A DNA stretch of 63,682 nt, counting the filler, from Choristocarpus tenellus KU-1152 (lineage: Eukaryota; Protista; Phaeophyceae), in the NCBI GenBank assembly GCA_964200185.2. It is 12 parts of 12 records of this genome, joined end to end, with 100 filler letters (N's around TTAATTAATTAA, not from the genome) between each part and the next. Parts side by side here need not be neighbours in the genome. Positions count along the whole stretch, not along the records: positions 26,948 to 30,721 come from CAXNAD020018000.1; positions 30,822 to 33,559 come from CAXNAD020025173.1; positions 33,660 to 40,446 come from CAXNAD020007352.1; positions 40,547 to 45,303 come from CAXNAD020013173.1; 8 more parts are not named here. One strand, 5' to 3'. The first letter of the stretch is position 1. Each line of letters opens with the position of its first letter. Shown in pieces: positions 27,877 to 41,062 of this stretch. The notes under the pieces are model-generated. The model saw only the letters and a program-made list of their open reading frames with translations. It was not told the DNA's origin and did not search any database. A program made the position numbers and the translations under genes.

Positions 27877-28296
27877 TGATTTGAGTTCCTCTACAACGAT
27901 TTGCTGTTGTTGTGAGTCCAAGTTGTACAATCAGGGCATGTTGAATTTTCAATATTTCATCTTAAGGTCGGAAGTTTTCTTCGACACAATCTCAGAAATG
28001 TGAATGAGCACAAGTGAATCAGGTTTATAAGTTAGATAGTTAACTCGCAAGTCTTTAATTTGTGAGGATGTGTCCCTCCATGCGTAACTCAGATTTATGA
28101 CAGGAACGGTCATTCATTTGTCGGAAATTGATTCGTACACCACAAATTAGATTTGATTTGTCACACATGTGAAACAGTTAATAATTGCGATCATGACAAG
28201 AAAGCCAAACCGATTCCAATTACAAGTCAAATAGGTTCACAATTACTATATTATTCGGTGATGGTGTTGAACCACTGATTCAAAGGCGCTCGAATA

Positions 28297-28366
28297 TGGA
28301 GCAAGGAGAATTTGGACCCCGATCTTTGAGCGCAAGCGATACGTGCTAGCCCTTCACCATCATCCC
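28297..28366 (-). other. Degenerate tRNA-like sequence (possible SINE head or tRNA pseudogene)
   Basis: gggatgatggtgaagggctagcacg...ggggtccaaattctccttgctcca has A-box-like and B-box-like segments and a CCA-like end, but the stems pair poorly. Confidence 0.3.
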
Positions 28367-28712
28367 TCTTGACAGCAATGACTGAAAGGATATATCTATC
28401 AATAGTCTATTTTGCAAACAGTGAGCACAAGGATGGACGATATTTCTCCCTTCTACTCCTCCTCCTTACACGACTAGTATAGGTCGAGCTTTGCTGTAAA
28501 AAGTGCGACAGCATTGATATTATTCCACTTTATTTTCCCTTTCGCTACCTTCCGTCATAAACTATCTGCTCAACCCTTCTCACTCGATCCATCCATGTAA
28601 ATATGTATGGTGTCAACATTGTGTATGTTTTTGTCTACACTGTTTTGAGTTATAACACCGTGTTGAGTGTTATATTGTCCAATGTGTGTATTATGCTGTC
28701 TCATTTTCTTTT

Positions 28713-28974
28713 GAGTCAAAGTATCTTAGAGGGTAGAGCCGCGTCCGTGTGGGGACCAAAATCCAATGTTGCGATTTTGATGTAATTTTGGCTATTATAT
28801 TTGTTAGGAAGTGTCAGTATCCTTGTTCCAGACACACTTTTTCGTAACATACACATTTTACCTACTCCAAAACATTTCGGAGTAGGTAAAGTTTCATAAA
28901 AAAAACCCCATGGGAGTCCAAGCCCCAAATGGACAAACGGGACAAAACTCCTACCCTCTAAGATACTTTCACTC
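28713..28974 (+). mobile_element. MITE family A full copy, TSD TTT
   Basis: Near-perfect 23-bp TIRs and central palindrome. Confidence 0.92.
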
Positions 28975-30016
28975 TTTCATCGGGGCTATACATAGGACCA
29001 AGAGAATGTGACAGGGTCAGGCTGCGAGTCGGTTTGGTAAGAGTTTTTTTTTATGGGACTGAACCAGGGTTTTGAGGATTTTGGCAAGTCCAGGTCGCCA
29101 GTCGACCTCTTAGAAATATAGGGGTTTGGGGCAGGACCCAAAACACCTTTGGTGGGGTCAGGTCATGGGTAGATCTGAGCAAGATATGTGTCGAAAGGGC
29201 TAGGCCAGGTCATTTGAAGCGGAAATGTTACTAGGTTGGTTAGGCCACACCAGGTGGTTTGCTTGAGGCTTGATTATTGTTGCGTTAATTTCAACCCTCA
29301 AAGAAGATATTTTAGACGCAAGACATGTTGTGGACGATGCCAATGCGCAAAGAGTGAAAAATATACTATGTCCCTTACTTAGAACTCCAAAGTAAACAAT
29401 AGGTACCCAGTTTTTGGATGTTTTGCAATGCAAGCCAGTTTTTCGATCTTTTGCAATTCACCCATATTTCTATGGATGAAGTGCTAATTTGGAATTGAGA
29501 GGCTGTATTTCTCTACTGTTTGAAACATTTCGATATAATTAAAAAATGTCCTACACACAATTGAAAAAAAAAGTCGAAATTTGCACATGTTTGCTGACCA
29601 TCCTTATAATGCAACTACTTCACTTGGGTACCTCTCGCTTACTTTGACTCAGTATGGCGTATCTACTTTGAAGCAATAGTATACATCCAGAGTTATGCCA
29701 TGGCATTCGTTGTTGCTGGATGACCTATGAAATATGTCCGTCCTATCTTTAATTACACTCTGGAAATATTTGGGCTTGTTGATGACTGCAGGTACCATTC
29801 TGAAAAAGTTGACGGATCCCATAGCTCGCTGTTGTAGCACGGTTTAGGGGACGGTGATGATGCTATCCTTTCAAAAACAGTGCTTTCGTTTGGGGGTCCC
29901 CATCATCGCGAGTCTGTAAAGTACGCGTGCCAAAAACGAAACGACATTCCATTCCACCGTAGCTTTGGAGGTCAGTGCATGATTTTATATGCTAAGCTCT
30001 TCTCCACAACAATAGC

Positions 30017-30076
<60 letters not shown>
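30017..30076. repeat. (AAT)n microsatellite
   Basis: Directly visible. Confidence 0.95.
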
Positions 30077-30078
<2 letters not shown>

Positions 30079-30521
30079 CACAATAGCAATTTTCATACAA
30101 AATTTTCTAAATTATATGCATACTATGTTGTTGATTCAATTAGTCAATCAAAATGTGGAGAGCAGGGTTCCCCACTGTCATACTGTTCAGTGCCATACTT
30201 CTTGGACCAGACTATTCAGGAAGTGAGGATCCTGGAGAGTCTCTGTGGAACTACTTACTCCAGCGAAGAAGACCCCTCATCCAGTCTTGGCCTGTCTCCA
30301 ACCCAGTGAATCCCTTCACCAACCTTGTCTGAGTGAACCACACCGTTTTGAGGAGGGATTAGATCATGGACTGGCAGGAAAGACATTTCTTTTTACAGGG
30401 TCGAGATGTGAATAGATCTGTCTATGAATCGCCCTGCAACCTATTCCATTTGCATCAGCCCGGTTAATTGTTGGTTTGGTGTAAGGCCCTGATTAGAGTC
30501 GACCTACCTCAGAGAGGTTCA

Positions 30522-30702
30522 GGCCCAAAGTATCTGGGGGGGGGGTCTACACCAGGGTGTCCATTTTGGGCGATGACCAGGAAAAATGCACTTACATTAT
30601 CCATCCGACGTATGCAACTAAATAACACAAAAAGATTGCAACATGAAAAAATTGACCCCAAATGGACAGCCGCCACCCCCCCCCCCGAGATAACTTGCGA
30701 CC
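30522..30702 (+). mobile_element. MITE family B copy
   Basis: ggcccaaagtatct(G)n...aaatggacagccgccac(C)n; right end degenerate. Confidence 0.85.
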
Positions 30703-30821
30703 TTAGGCTACGTCCACATCANNNNNNNNNNNNNNNNNNNNNNNNNNNNNNNNNNNNNNNNNNNNTTAATTAATTAANNNNNNNNNNNNNNNNNNNNNNN
30801 NNNNNNNNNNNNNNNNNNNNN

Positions 30822-31917
30822 CCCATTGGTCTTGGTGTTCCCCCAGTGCTTGTCAATCGCACTACTAGCCCCGTTCCAGCCAGGCACATCATAGTTGCAG
30901 TTGTGACCCAGTGGAGTTCGGGTGTACCCAGCAAATGCATGCCGTCTGGCAAAGATCTGGAGCTCCTTGAGCTGGTAGAGCAGGGTATGGACAAGGAAAA
31001 AGGTAGTTGGGGGGGGGGAGGGGGGGAAGTTTAGGATTAGGATAGGGTGTGTGCGTACGGTGGGCGTAATATTGCTGCAAAAACTGCTGCAATGGTCACA
31101 ATGCTGTACAACAGGGAGAGTTGTACCGTAGTCCCTATCCCCACGGTACTTCCAACCCTTACCCTAACCCTTATCCAAACACCAAACCTTCCGGTACCAA
31201 GTGTTCATTGCATTACAGATACTGTTTGTTCCAGGTACTACAAAAATAGAAAGTTGACACTGTGTGCCAAGAGGTGGTAGACATCAAAAACAAAGAAATA
31301 ACTTGTACTTTCTAATACCATGAGCTCAAGTCAGAAAAGCACATAGCACAGTATCACAACTTAACTTAAAAATTCGAAATATACTACTATAATGATACAC
31401 CAACTTGTGTGCGCATGAGAGGTCATGTCTTTCTTACTTCAAACTACTATTTCAGAACCACTCTCAACACCAAGGAGTACCTTTTCCCCATAGGCTTGGT
31501 CCTTTGGTTGCACTGCCACAAACACACATCAACTACAGGTGTCCTCAGCCTTGCCTTGCCACACACTGCCATCAATTTCCTCTGCTAATCCCCTAGGTCC
31601 GATATAACCAACCTTCAGTTGACTCCGCATCATTCCATGGGTGGGGAAACACAGCCTCACTCACGGTCATGGTCGAGAAGTCCCTGTGTCGGGAGAGCTC
31701 CGACATGCCAGAAAATGGAATGCGCATATCCAGGAAAATCGAAGGGGTTTGAAGATTGAAAACCAACTCTCCATTGACATTATCCGAGTGCTTCCAGCCC
31801 CCAACAAACAAAGAGCGCGTCCACGCGCCTGCAATAAGGGGGCCGAACCCAACTCCCTTTCTCAAGTGAGATATGAGGGCACAAAAAGGGCGTTTGAAGG
31901 GGAAGGGATTACGAATC
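30822..31917 (-). CDS. HRI1-like / bacterial-type hypothetical protein, partial (exons 31665-31917, 30822-30971)
   Basis: In-phase join ...GAWTRSLFVGGW...ELVFNLQTPSIFLDMRIP...DFSTMT|LKELQIFARRHAFAGYTR. This matches from memory the W/LQT...F.D.RIP....FAG pattern of HRI1-like and proteobacterial hypothetical proteins. Donor gtgagt, acceptors ccag. Confidence 0.65.
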
Positions 31918-32399
31918 CTGGAGGTTGGATGTCACAGATAATATCCACAAAGTGACCAGAACTATTACTTAGATTCCTCTCTAGCCCAGAAATTCTCCTT
32001 CGGTGACGTTGTCTACCACAGTAGGGATTTCAAAGAGGCTTTGCTGAGCAGGATGCGTGTCGTACATGGAAAATCTAGTGATGAATCTTCTCACTCAGAT
32101 GTGAAATGTGATAATAAATGTTTATGTGCATGTTCATGGGAATAGGAACAAAGCACAAGGTGACTGCACCTGACTTGCAGTTCAATAATGTGTGGCACAA
32201 ACTGGTACAATTTGTAAAAGTTGAACATATCTTGTGCTCCACGTCAGCTCGAACTCTTAAAGTTCCCTCTGAAAGAACCCCTCGTTTCGGGAGACGGCAT
32301 TTTCAGGCTATCCGTGTTATCTCTACAAGTTCCATCATGACCCGTATAAGATTTCTGCAACCACCGAGTCATACCGCACGGAGTCAGATAACTACCCTT

Positions 32400-32760
32400 G
32401 AAGCTAGCGAAATGGATCGTGGTTCACATTGTCCCAAGCACCTCTGTTTCGGTAATTTATAGCGCGTCGCGTGTTGCCAAACGTCACCAACAGGGAGTGG
32501 TATCCGACTCCACAAGCAGAATCAGGTGGCAAGCAACCCAAAGGCAATATGGAAAGCTGTACCCCTACTTTTCTTATCTTGAAGGCCTTCCTACCTCTAG
32601 ACGCCATTCTCGAAAGGCCTCCCAAGTGGTCCCCTCCATCTTGTGATGATGGGGTAGTTCATTCTCGGTGAAAGGGAAGGCTGGGGAGCGATATAGTACA
32701 TTCAATCGCCCCCCTCCAGTTAGTATATGACTTTGCTTCGCAGCCCAATCGTCATTTTCC
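32400..32760 (-). mobile_element. Possible highly decayed CRE-like RLE fragment
   Basis: Weak resemblance (GCLPPDSAC...HSLLVTFGNTR) to the RLE DVT region. Confidence 0.3.
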
Positions 32761-33681
32761 ATACTCTTATCTGGATTGGTCCCTCAGTACTTTGGGTGTT
32801 CGATCGAGTTGGTACCAAGTATTTCAAGACACAGGCGCTTGGGAACGAATCGATTGGACAAAGAGTGACTGCAACAGTGTGTGATATGGCGTTAGAGCCC
32901 TAGTGAAGGATCGTCAAAGTAAGACGTCACATCTGCACACTCCTTACCCTACATACTTGTCATTGTGTTGGCGAGCAAGGTGAAGGTATGTAAAACACAT
33001 CAAAAAGGCAGAGGAGAGTATATTAACGCGCGCTTTTTCGACACACGCGAATATACTACTCGACAATGTCTAACAAAGGAACTCACCCTCCCCTCCTTCG
33101 AAGAATGTTTTTTTACACCCCACCCACCACTACGTAGTATTTCCTATAGTTTTCTCAGGTGGAAGACTCTCAGATTGATGCAATATACATACATAACTTT
33201 GAAATAGATCGATTCCACAAAAAATACTCGCACTTCTAAATAAAACTGAAAATAACCATCTTCCGGTTCTTCTGCGGCAGGACCGGGCGTGTGTTTGGAT
33301 TCCCTCTTCTTGGAAAATGGGCTGGTAGGACCTTTCTATCCCCACAAATTTATCCCACACACAGGTGGCTGCTACTACTATGGTCACGCGGTTGTACAGA
33401 TCCCACCACTCAGGGCAGGCGTAAGAACCATCATGTCTTGGGTTTCGAAAACAACCTTTTCCTGTGATAACTCTTCTTTTTTTGAAGCAATAATAAGTGT
33501 GAATCGTGTGATTCTGTGGCGGCGTGGTTCACTCAGGCAAGGGTGGCGAAGAGAATCACNNNNNNNNNNNNNNNNNNNNNNNNNNNNNNNNNNNNNNNNN
33601 NNNTTAATTAATTAANNNNNNNNNNNNNNNNNNNNNNNNNNNNNNNNNNNNNNNNNNNNGGTCCTCCTCCCCTTCTCCCAG

Positions 33682-34029
33682 GTTGGCCCCGGGCAGATGT
33701 TCGTCACGCCCGTAGTCGGGAGGGTGTGCAAACCCCGGGCAAAGAATGACACAAGATCACCGTTCAACGTGCTCCTGGGTCTTACGGTAGTGCGTTCTCG
33801 TGGGTTTGAAGTGCAGGATTCGGACTCGGACTTGACGCCAATCACCACTAGAAAGCGCAAACGTCCCTCTTCCCGTACGGGTGGAAAGGGGAAAGGCCGC
33901 AAGGTGCAGAGGGGCGCCGGTGATTCTGCGCCGGAAGACGAGCCGGAGTATTTCAGCGATGCGGAGGAGGACGAGGAGGAAGAAGAGGAGGATAAAGAGG
34001 AGAATGAAGGGGATGACAAAGAGGAGTAA
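33682..34029 (+). CDS. Terminal exon of an unknown, probably nuclear protein (basic NLS-like RKRKRP plus acidic tail)
   Basis: Polypyrimidine acceptor ttctcccag, then a GC-rich open frame VGPGQMFVTP...RKRKRPSSRTGGKGKGRK...EEDEEEEEEDKEE*. Confidence 0.6.
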   Translation, partial: VGPGQMFVTPVVGRVCKPRAKNDTRSPFNVLLGLTVVRSRGFEVQDSDSDLTPITTRKRKRPSSRTGGKGKGRKVQRGAGDSAPEDEPEYFSDAEEDEEEEEEDKEENEGDDKEE

Positions 34030-34782
34030 GAAGAGGATCGGAAGGGGGGGCGGGGAGGAAGGGGGGAGGGAGCGGCGGGAGGGCGCACACGTTGGCAAAT
34101 AAATGATTGACCAACGGCAAACAGAGGATACAGGAGTGTTGTTGTTCATGATGCCTCGTTCGTCCAGTAGTTAGTTCAAGCAGGTTGTCCGTGTGTCAGT
34201 TGCACTCCCGGTAACATGCACAGTTTCTCGCGGTGGCGGGGGGAGGGGGGGTGCAATGAATGAGCAGCAAATTGAAAAAGCTGATGTTTTCTTTTTTCAT
34301 GTGCTGGAAGTTTTTTTTTACTACATTTTAGCTTTAGATACGGTGGCCTTATTCTCCTTTTCCCTGTTGTTGTCTTGCAATGTGCTACAAGTCCAACAAC
34401 TTGCCCGAGAAAATTGATTGACAAGTTGGATGGTGGAGCCAGTGTTTCATTCGGCAAGAATAATGATCAAGAAGATAATAGTACAGTTGTGAGTGGAACT
34501 TTCTTCTCCATTATTGTTTATACATCTGCATCTGGGTTTGGATGAGGTCTGACAAGGTGGGTGACCATCTATCTCTCAATGCACAATGCATGGTATTACT
34601 ATGTACGATATATAATACATACATATACGGTACTATATCACTTACTCCGCAAAATGGTAATCTCAAGGTATATATGTATTGTGTTGCATTTATTTCACAC
34701 CAGAGACACTGGGGCGATGAGCAAGACGGGGACTTGACAAACTCACTTGGAAGAGACTCTTACTTGTTTCTAAACAACCTTC

Positions 34783-34783
<1 letters not shown>

Positions 34784-34853
<70 letters not shown>
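34784..34853. repeat. (AGT)n microsatellite
   Basis: Directly visible. Confidence 0.95.
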
Positions 34854-34854
<1 letters not shown>

Positions 34855-35289
34855 CCAATTTAGGAGTAGTTTCGTTAGGATTTTTCTTTTTTTCTAGATT
34901 TCAAGTTCACAACTATGTACCATCAAAACTACCTACTACATACAGAATATCCAACTCGGTTGATTTTAATCTTCGACCGACATATTCTTCTCTTCTTCCC
35001 GTCTATCCCAACATCTGCTACAAATGTCAGTGGTCATATTAGTAAACAATGTATATAATGCACTCTACTACACGTCTAGTTGAAACTATTCATCAGCAGT
35101 TGAATTATTTGTAGTGGTCTTAATAGTGGTAGAACTACATACTACAATAATACGACAAATACAATAAACTTTAATATCTTTCAGCGCATACACTCAACGA
35201 AGTAGGGTAAGGGCACAACATCAGATTACTGTGGATAAAACAAAAAGAAATTTCGAATTCACTTCTCCAATCCATATATCCTTACTTTA

Positions 35290-35990
35290 TTGTTATTTGT
35301 TATTATTTTTATTATTATGCCCTCTGAAATTTTGCAGATAGATGATGTGTCAGGGGAAAAACCAATGAAAACTATTCAGATGACAGAGAAAAACCATAAA
35401 AAGTAACATTTGTCATAAATGTGAAAAACATTCATCTATTTGCTATTTTACTACCAGCTCTACTACTATACCACTGCCTTCCTGTGCCTACAACCTAGCT
35501 ATTCCTATACCCCTGGGTGAGGAGCTAGGGAAGCATCCCAAGCATCTAACAAGCCCCTCCTTGCACATCTCCTTGGTGTCTCCAGGTTAACATGCATCAC
35601 ACGTCTAGACAGGGCCACCGGCGTTGTTGCAGAAACTATTTGTATTAGGCGGGATTTGATCGCCCCTTTCCTGTTGTAGCCTCCAGTTCCTCTCCCCGAT
35701 ACCGCGTACGTAACTAGCTCATCCAGGAAAATTCCCGCTTGCTTAACAAGGCACCCAAAACTTCCCATTGAGAAGGTGTTGAGGTTATAACTTCAAGGAT
35801 CAAAAGAGCCCTCGTAGTGCATGCGATTTCGCGCCTCAGTTGCAGCAACAGCTACACCATTGCTGGTGGATGAGTGTGGCAGATGATATGCTGTCTGCAC
35901 TTCAGCAAACGTAACATCCAGGAGGAGACCTTTGTCTCTGTAGGGAGCTGATCTGGCGCTATTTGTTATGATCATGAACAGAGTGTCGAT
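35290..35990 (-). mobile_element. CRE-like non-LTR retrotransposon 3' end (restriction-like endonuclease domain), decayed
   Basis: LLLDVTFAEVQ...AVAATEARNRMHY..SFDP*SY.L.TFSMGSFG...KGAIKSRLIQIVSATTPVALSRRV, followed by a 3' UTR and a (TAA)-rich tail. Confidence 0.8.
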
Positions 35991-36389
35991 GACAGGCTGT
36001 GAAGATGGAGGTGGGAATACTTGTTGTCATGGTCGTCTGAGTGTGTGGAAGAGGGGAAAGGACCTAAATCTTTGAAGTCCCCTATATACAAGAAGTCCTT
36101 TTGTCTGGATGTGTGTTAAGTTTCTTTGTACAGAATGTGTTTAACTGTGTCACTTGAAATTGGTTCAGAATGAATAATTCTAGAGTTTTTTGGTTGGACG
36201 ATCGATTTTTTTTGTGCTGAAGATCAAAATAGGTGCGCAACACAAATTGTATTCGTCGAGAATAGAGCCGTTATGGGGTTTTGTTGAAATGAACTTGAGC
36301 AGTGAATTAATAACTCGATGTCAAGTTAACACCTGAACATGCCACCTTCACTCATATAGTGGAGTGTACTTGGTTGCGCTGTCTTCAGT

Positions 36390-38800
36390 TCTTTGTGCTC
36401 AGACCATGGCGCACTGGGTTTCTCCCTGACTCCGGTGGTCTTGAATAGAGGGCATACGCACCAGCCCATTCCATGCTCTCAACAAAATTGGGTCACCTCC
36501 CCTTCCCCAACTTGGATTCATGCGTTTGATGCTTACTCCCGCATGAGATACGCCTATAGTATGCGCGTGAAATGCTCAACGAGGTTGCGAGGGAGTCGGG
36601 AGAACGTTCGCGGGAAAATAAATCGGGTAAAGCAAAAGCTCCGGGTTGCAATTGTGAGCAGAAGAGGGTGGTAGGGGTCGGGAGAGTAGCATAAATACTG
36701 ACTGAGTTTAGGAGACTTCACCATAGTTTTCTTCTTGGAAATGGATGCTGCAATATTACTTTCGATCGCTCTGGTTTTTGTCCTTGAGAACTTCGCGAAG
36801 GCTGTGTTCTGGATCCGGGCCTTACACCACAAGTGAAGTATGGAGGCATCACTGGACCTTTTGATACGACAACGGAGCTATACATTTTGCACTGGGAAGC
36901 ACCAGGGACGATCGATGGAACAAGAGGATTTTGAAAAAAATCGTATTCGACTGTCCTAACTGACGAATACATCCTTGTACCACGCGCTGGATGAAGCGAA
37001 TCAATCCTCTACTCAGACTCGACTTTCAAATGCCGAACCCACACCCCTGAATAACTAACTGCCTGATAGTTGGAAGGCGGTTTTCTGATGCCATTTAACC
37101 ACATTGAACAAGATTGATCTTTCGAGCTCGATAAATGAAGCCAGAAACAAACTGAATAAACTCCCATATGAGAATGATACCCTCCCCTGGGTGGATGAAC
37201 TTTCGTATGATTCACAGTTCCTGCGGGCATGACCTCCTGACATGAGCATATCCTACCAAGTCATCTCCTGCGCCTTACACACGCCCCACACACCCTGCCC
37301 CAACCTAACCAAGAACTACGTGCAGTCACATTAGTTACTCCTCTCCATGATCGTTTAGCCCTAACCATATAATATCCATTTCCCCTTGTGATACTGAAAT
37401 ATATCCTCTTTTGAGGATGGTAAAGTCCAATGATGACCAGGAATTAATAAAGAAGCTGAAGGGCTTCATCATGTACCTTCGCCAGCAGGATCCTCAGTTC
37501 CGTACAGAGGATGCAATGCGTGAGACCCTTGCACAGGGTATGACAGCAAAGGCAGCTAAGGTGTACCTTGCGAAATGGTTGCCTATCCAGCTTACCGATA
37601 TTTGTATGTTTGTGGAAACACTCTTTCGACCAGAAGGGATAAGGCCTTTGCGAGTATCCATCGAATGACCTCATCTACTGTGTAACTGCATTCAACACAC
37701 ACTACAGCTAATTAGAATCAAGACAAAAACCTTCGAACTACACAACTCAGCCACACTCTTATCCTTTTACCACAGAGTCTTACCCTCCCCCTTCCACCTC
37801 CCCCTTCCTACAATGCTGTTGTGTATTGATGTCATACCGTACCTTGGTGGAAGCTGAAATCCAGGCTGGAAGACATCAAAGAGAACCCCTTTCGTAACTT
37901 TCCAGATGATGAGGAGGAAGACTCCGAGGACATGAGCTGGGGCTTCGATAAATCGTTTTACAAAGATGAGGAACCTGGTGATAATGACAATGGGGATTGG
38001 AACGAAATCTAAAAAGAAGCAGAAAGGTTACCACCACACACCTACAACTCCCGCCCACAGTTGTTAGAGGAGACTCGATCAAGATCACTAGGTGTAAGCA
38101 AGGCCATCAGAAGAACAGAGCAGTGTTTGAATTGACCTTCATGGGTGATACTTCAGTACTACTTCGATCCTCCTTGGTATATGGTGTTCCAATAAATGCC
38201 TCCTACTTCGAAGTATTAAAAGTGCAGTGGTTTCTGTTCATGTACAAAAATGCCAAGTATTTCGAGTTTTCTAGGTGTAAGAGATATCCTTAGATGTCAT
38301 TGCTCTGAGTCGTATTCTACTACGTATATAGCCCAATCAACTGACCTCAGTGTTGCCCAACTGGGATTTGGGGGAGAGACCTCTACCCCCATCATCCAGC
38401 AGCAAATAGATTTGTTCAATCCATGCATTGAGAAAGACTGCAGTTGACTTCCTTCACTTCAAAAGAAGCACCGACACAGGGTTGGATGTAGATCAAGTAG
38501 ATGTTCGAAGACAGTACAACCCTTGGTGCTGCCATATCCACTGCCCCAGAAATTGTGAAGTTGGTTTTATCCAATATGTGCACAGGGGTGTCGACCACTC
38601 AGTTGAAAGGGGGTGGAGAGTAGGCAGGGAGGAGGTTGTACAATACGTCCACAAGACAGATTTAAGTTTTGGCCAAAAGAATCTTCTTTTGATGCAGATG
38701 GTGGAGGCTGTCAAGGAGGACCTCAGCCATTACCACCAGTTGGAAAGTTTCTGCCAAGAATCTAAGGAGGATAAGACAGTACCAACTTGCTGAACAGTGA
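36390..38800 (+). mobile_element. Decayed KDZ-like (Dileera/CxC-type) transposase
   Basis: Ordered motifs: FCP...CVLD; K.RAVF...GVPINASYF; AVDFLHFKRSTD...YNPW; WFYPICAQ; NLLLMQMV. These resemble PCG/VD.FH...C.P/FNS..EQ/NFFL of KDZ transposases. Many stops and frameshifts. Confidence 0.45.
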
Positions 38801-39896
38801 TCAAAGTAGGTGGATTGAACTAGAAAACAAGCTGGTGAACAGTAGATTAGAAAATAATATGGACCTGGTGAGGGTCAGTGAAGTCAGGACAGACAAGTAC
38901 CAACTAATTTAGCATTCATGTGAAGGTGAAGCAAGCACTTTCATGCTTGTAGTACAGTTGGGTTCGTCAATATGACTCAGAGGCCATGCTATATCTGAGG
39001 CTTGAATGTGTGTGGGGGCGGTTCAATAATGTGTAGTGTGAAAAATGACTCTACCGTGACTGGGAGGCGCTTCAATCGACAAATCATCATCGCATCACAG
39101 AAACTTTAATGGTCAAAGAGTTTTTAGTTGTAAAACATCAGAGTGTACCTGCTCACTCGAATTGCCTGTTGATAGCAGGTGCCATTTTCGCATGTTATTT
39201 CACAATGTAGTGTACTGTGGTTCATGTATCGGCAAGAAAAGGTTAGTCTGAGCATCAAAAAGACAATTTTCCGTCTTCAACAACCATCATGTTTTAAAAT
39301 AGTCAACAGAAATTTGCAGCATGATACTTCTTTTCATTCACCCAGATCAATCAAAAATTCTTAGTGCTGCCCTGAAGTACCTTTACAATTCAACAACTTT
39401 GTGGACAATGCACTTCTTGTCCAAAAGAGGCGAATGCAATGAAGGAACAATATTCACTTTTTTTCTTTCAATAGCCAAACGAAACTGATAGTTAATGCGA
39501 TTAACCATCTAGCCTCAGATATGATATTTCACAGGCATTACGATATCGTTCCCCCTGCCCTCACATAATTTTCGACTATCAAGGCCTCTCCACTTGGAAT
39601 CCATTTTCAGAGTGAGTAACAATATAGTCATCCACTGTGTGCCCTTGAAGAGCACTAGACCTGCTCATCCACCCCAGCAACCTAAAAATATTAAGAGGTG
39701 ACAGCTTCACATCTGTAGTGGAGTGAGGGCACAGCGGGTCATATAGGGCCATTTGGAGGGCAATCCACCAACTTAGTCCGGAAGATTCCTGACTTCTGAG
39801 AATATTCTCACTTTCTGGGAAGTAAGAAATAGGAGACTAGATAAGCAAACATGATGCTGTTGTAATTGCCACCTACCGCTTCTTGTACAGTTGTGT

Positions 39897-40078
39897 GGCT
39901 CAAAGTATCCGGGGGAAGGGGAGGGGGGTTTACAACAGGTGCCCAGGACCCAGTCCGGAAAACATGCACTTACACTATTCATCTGACGCATGCAACCAAA
40001 TCACTAAAAAAATGCAACAAGGAAAAATGGGCCCCGAATGGACAGCCTCCACCCCCCCCCCAAGACACGTTTTGAGCC
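39897..40078 (+). mobile_element. MITE family B copy, TSD TGT
   Basis: ggctcaaagtatc...tttgagcc flanked by tgt/tgt. Confidence 0.88.
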
Positions 40079-41062
40079 TGTAATGCTGCCCACTTAACCG
40101 CAACCCTAGTTTAAATAGTTTGAACACCAAAAGTGAAAAAAAATTAAAAAAAGAAAAGAACTCTAAAAAAAAAAGGGCATGGAAGGAGAGTTAGGAATCG
40201 GGCACATAACCAAGCAAAAAAAAAAACTGATCATTTTTTTTTTTCACACATGAATCCAACACAACTGACGGCTCTACAAGAACAAACCACCTCCACGATT
40301 GATTGGTAACACAAAGCCATGCTGTTAAAAAGTGTGTGTGTGTGTGTGTGTGTTTTTTAAAGGGATTCCTCCACACACTGTTCTTACAACAAACATCTTT
40401 ATTTGTTTTTCCACCTGCATTACTGCTCGCTTCCTCCCTCTCTCTCNNNNNNNNNNNNNNNNNNNNNNNNNNNNNNNNNNNNNNNNNNNNTTAATTAATT
40501 AANNNNNNNNNNNNNNNNNNNNNNNNNNNNNNNNNNNNNNNNNNNNCCCCCCCTGACACTTGAGTCTTGAGCAGATCACTCTCCTTTTCAAATAACGCAA
40601 AAATATTCTACAAAACCTAACACACATAACAATAAAAATAAACAATAATAATAAGTATATTATGCATTCATATATATATATATATATATACACACACATA
40701 CACACACACATACACACACACACACACACACAGCACCTGGTACTACCGTAGATCGCTTCAAAGATCATTCAAATAATAAAATATAATAATAACAAAAGGG
40801 GGCGTGAAAAGCGACATTTTCAATGAGATCGATTGAAAAAACGAAAACCGTTTTTTTGGCGTTCTCTGAATAATGACTAACAAAAAAAATAAATTGCAGC
40901 TGATGGCCTGCTGTACAACTCACAAAAAAAAAAAGGTTTGGCATCGGTCGAGAATGCTAACAAACCACTCCAACTCCTCCACACGATGTAGGAGAGATCA
41001 GAGAGAAAAAAAAATTCTTCCGGTACCGCGAAAAGAAAAAAAAAGTAAAAAAAAAAACTCAC

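Noticed and set aside
33612-34149. Ser/Leu-rich minus-strand ORFs
   Set aside because: Antisense shadows of the acidic plus-strand exon.
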